In this document: piece after piece, positions 23,090 through 25,592 of the stretch | How positions within the stretch are numbered: the stretch's first letter is position 1 | Layout: each line of letters opens with the position of its first letter | Origin: Actinomycetota bacterium | GTDB taxonomy: Bacteria > Actinomycetota > UBA4738 > HRBIN12 | Assembly: GCA_040006375.1 (NCBI GenBank) | Contig: JBDTXD010000001.1 | Span: 1 to 25,592 of the forward strand | Length of the DNA stretch: 25,592 bases | Reading direction: 5' to 3' | The notes under the pieces: model-generated | Databases searched by the model: none | What the model saw: only the letters and a program-made list of their open reading frames with translations | What the model was told of the DNA's origin: nothing | Program-made: the position numbers and the translations under genes

Positions 23090-25312
23090 CTAGACGCGCC
23101 GGACGGCCAGCACGGCGATGTCGTCTGCCGGCCGTCCACCGCCGAATGATTCGACCCTCTCGACGATCTTCTTCGCGAATACCGCGACGGGTTCATCGCC
23201 GAGCGCGCGCCCCAGGTCGAGCAACCGCTCGTCACCGAACAACTCGGACCCCCGATGCTCCTCAGTGACTCCGTCCGTGTAGAGCACCAGACAATCCCCA
23301 GGCTTCAGCTCGAATGAGTGGTCGGTGAGCTCGGGCGACTCGACCACCCCGAGCAGGGTGCCGGGCACCTGGACCAGGGTGGCGTCCCCGCCGGACACCA
23401 GCATCGGTTCGGGGTGTCCGGCGCAGGAGAGCGTCACGCGCGAGAACTGTTCACCCTCGTCGATCCGGAGCGCCGCCACCGTCACGAACCGATCGAATCC
23501 AGATCTCAGCAAGGCCTCGTTCAGCGTCGACAGGATCCCGCTGGGACGAACCTGCCGGAGGGCGGCGGTTCGGATCGTGTATCGCGCCAGCGCCATGACG
23601 GCCGCGGCGTCCACGCCCTTGCCACAGACATCTCCGACGACCGCGAACCAACTCCCCGGTCGCAACTCGAACACATCGTAGAAATCGCCGGCTACCTCCA
23701 ACATGGCGCCGCCCGGGTGGTACTCGGCGGCGAGCTCGATCCCGGGGATCTCCGGCAGGAGCGGGGGGCGCAAGCTCGACTGCAGGGTGTCCGCCACCCG
23801 CCGTTGTTCGTCGAAGATCCGGGCGTTGTCGATGGAGATCGCCGCTCGCAGGGCGAGCTCCTGCGCGATGGCGAGATCCGTTTCATCGTAGTGGCGCTCG
23901 GACTCTCCCCAAACGAACGACATGGCGCCGAGCACCCGTCCGCGAGCGATCAACGGCACCGTCATCGCCGAGGTCAGATGGAGTTGCTCGATGAGGTCGC
24001 CAAGCTCCGGGAATTCGACCACGACTCGGTCTAGGAGTTCCTTCGGGATCTCGGGGAGCAATTCGCTCTTCCCGGTCCTCACGACCGCGGACGTGCCTGT
24101 TGGCGCCTCGGGGTCGGGCGGATACCGCTCGCGAAGATCCCGCGCGAGCTGCACCTTCTCCGGGTCCGCATGCGCCACCGCGAGCAGCTGAAGGCCTCCA
24201 TGGTCGTCCACGAGGTCGACCGTGCACCAGTCGGCGAAGTCGGGCACGGCCGAGGCCGCCACCTCCCGGAGGGTCTGTTCGTACTCCAGAGACGAGCCGA
24301 GCAGACGGCTGGCGTCGGCAAGGAGCCGGAGCCGGTACATGGCCTCCTGTTCGGCCTCATACAGCTGCGCACGTTCCAGCGCCTGGCCGAACTGGTCCCC
24401 TAGGGTGGTCATGAAGTCCTGCCACTCCTGCGTGGGGGACGGGAGGGCGGCGAGTGTCAAGCCGATCGCGCCGAGCATCCGGTTGCCCGCCCTGAGCGGA
24501 ACCGCCACGACGACGGCCTGCTCGCCGAGTTCGGTTCGCATCTGCGCGAGGGCAGCGCTCGGACCGCCGGCCACGCGAGCCGGGCGGATGACGGTACGAC
24601 CGCTGCGGATCGCCTCGGCACCCGTGAGCGGGGAATCGGTGGTGAATCGCCGCCAATCCTCGGGCAGGTCCGCCTCCGGCAGGGAGGTCGCGACCACGTT
24701 GATGTGGGTCCCATCGGCCTCGAGCAGCAAGAGCGTCGAACCGGCCGCGTCGGTCGCAGCGACTAGTTCGTGCAGCGCGATCAGCCCGACCTCTTCTGTG
24801 GTTCTCGCTTCAGCCAACGCGACCGTAACCTCCTGTAACTGGCGGAGCCGTTCCTCGTGGAGCTTGCGCTCCGTGATGTCGCCGGAGACCCCCATCAACC
24901 CTCGTGGTGCTCCATCGGGGGCTCGCAGTACCCGGCCCCAGCCCTCCACCCAGTGGATGGAGCCGTCGGGCCAGATGACGCGGTGTTCGACCTTGTGATC
25001 TCCTCCGGCCTCGAGGGAGGCGGTCGATGTCGTCGCAACCATCTCTCGATCGGCGGGATGTAGGAGCGCGAGGTAAGCCTCGTAGGTCCGTGGAAACGTT
25101 CCTTCATTCAGCCCGTAGATCCGCTCGAGCGCCCGGTCCCACACGACCTCGCCGGTCGCGGCGTCCCACTCCCATGTGCCCAGGCCGCTCGCTTCCAGCG
25201 CGAGCCGGACACGCGCATCCTCATCGAGCGCCACCGACTCCGTCGCAGGAGTTCCTTCATCCCCTTCGGGGGTGGACGCGTCGTGATCGTGTGCGGATGC
25301 GTCCGACTGCAC
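23090..25312 (-). CDS. SpoIIE/RsbU-type PP2C phosphatase with PAS and two GAF domains
   Basis: GLGTWEWD...EHRVIWPDGSIHWV (PAS), two GAF repeats (VPLRAGNRMLGAIGL; VPLIARGRVLGAMSF), VAGDFYD, GDVCGKG, AGHPEP, LYTDGVTE and DDIAVL. GGAGG SD before GTG25312. Confidence 0.9.
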   Translation of the reverse strand: MQSDASAHDHDASTPEGDEGTPATESVALDEDARVRLALEASGLGTWEWDAATGEVVWDRALERIYGLNEGTFPRTYEAYLALLHPADREMVATTSTASLEAGGDHKVEHRVIWPDGSIHWVEGWGRVLRAPDGAPRGLMGVSGDITERKLHEERLRQLQEVTVALAEARTTEEVGLIALHELVAATDAAGSTLLLLEADGTHINVVATSLPEADLPEDWRRFTTDSPLTGAEAIRSGRTVIRPARVAGGPSAALAQMRTELGEQAVVVAVPLRAGNRMLGAIGLTLAALPSPTQEWQDFMTTLGDQFGQALERAQLYEAEQEAMYRLRLLADASRLLGSSLEYEQTLREVAASAVPDFADWCTVDLVDDHGGLQLLAVAHADPEKVQLARDLRERYPPDPEAPTGTSAVVRTGKSELLPEIPKELLDRVVVEFPELGDLIEQLHLTSAMTVPLIARGRVLGAMSFVWGESERHYDETDLAIAQELALRAAISIDNARIFDEQRRVADTLQSSLRPPLLPEIPGIELAAEYHPGGAMLEVAGDFYDVFELRPGSWFAVVGDVCGKGVDAAAVMALARYTIRTAALRQVRPSGILSTLNEALLRSGFDRFVTVAALRIDEGEQFSRVTLSCAGHPEPMLVSGGDATLVQVPGTLLGVVESPELTDHSFELKPGDCLVLYTDGVTEEHRGSELFGDERLLDLGRALGDEPVAVFAKKIVERVESFGGGRPADDIAVLAVRRV

Positions 25313-25416
25313 GGTGAGCCTCCATCCGGAAAGCGGAAGGACAGAGACGGACGGTCTCACCACTTGGCGAAACTGTCCACCTCAAGGGCTCCGGAGTAGC
25401 CGGAGGTAGGGTTTGT

Positions 25417-25592
25417 TCAGTGTGGCCGGGCGACCTGTGGTTCCGGCGGCTCACCTGTCGGTGGCTCCTGTGGCGGGGCCGGTTCCGGCGTGGGAGCCGG
25501 GGCCGGCGTGGGAGCCGGGGCCGGGGCCGGGGCCGGAGGCACCGGCGGCATCACCGCACGACCGGTCGCGCCACCGACGGATCTGGCGATCC
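25417..25592 (-). CDS. C-terminal end of a protein with a Pro/Ala-rich tail; 5'-partial
   Basis: Reads IARSVGGATGRAVMPPVPPAPAPAPAPTPAPAPTPEPAPPQEPPTGEPPEPQVARPH*. Frame is open to the window edge. Confidence 0.7.
   Translation of the reverse strand, partial: IARSVGGATGRAVMPPVPPAPAPAPAPTPAPAPTPEPAPPQEPPTGEPPEPQVARPH
25485..25536. repeat. Coding tandem repeat: CCGGCGTGGGAGCCGGGG x2 followed by CCGGGG units
   Basis: Directly visible. Encodes (PA)n and PAPTPA. Confidence 0.85.

Noticed and set aside
25485-25536. Tandem repeats as a CRISPR array or MITE
   Set aside because: No spacers are present, and the units are in-frame codons for a Pro/Ala tail.

Overview
GC-rich chromosomal window, probably from an actinobacterium (inferred from gene families and promoter style). 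It holds about 28 protein-coding genes and one likely pseudogene. I found no rRNA, tRNA, CRISPR array or mobile element. The main block is a minus-strand amidohydrolase followed by a sarcosine-oxidase-like operon in the permuted order soxD-A-G-B. Its alpha subunit keeps two full 4-Cys Fe-S-type ligand sets that canonical sarcosine oxidase alpha subunits lack, which suggests a different enzyme or electron route. Other genes are an MprF-type domain (partial), a PuuB/DAO-family FAD oxidoreductase, a channel-like membrane protein with a non-canonical pore loop, two DinB-fold proteins, a 5'-3' exonuclease, a bL12-CTD-like/Zn-ribbon fusion, a DUF998-like protein, LLM and Ddn-type (F420-associated) oxidoreductases, a DEAD-box helicase, a NylB-like serine hydrolase divergent from an MFS transporter, a VWA membrane protein, two GNATs, a standalone IrrE/ImmA-like HExxH peptidase and a PAS-GAF-GAF-SpoIIE phosphatase. 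Features not evident from the ORF track are a 38-aa Lys-rich sORF, a frameshifted and internally deleted YbaK-like remnant, an orphan Shine-Dalgarno/ATG after soxB, and TANNNT boxes 6-7 nt before 10 start codons (leaderless architecture). All family assignments come from motif recognition, not database searches.
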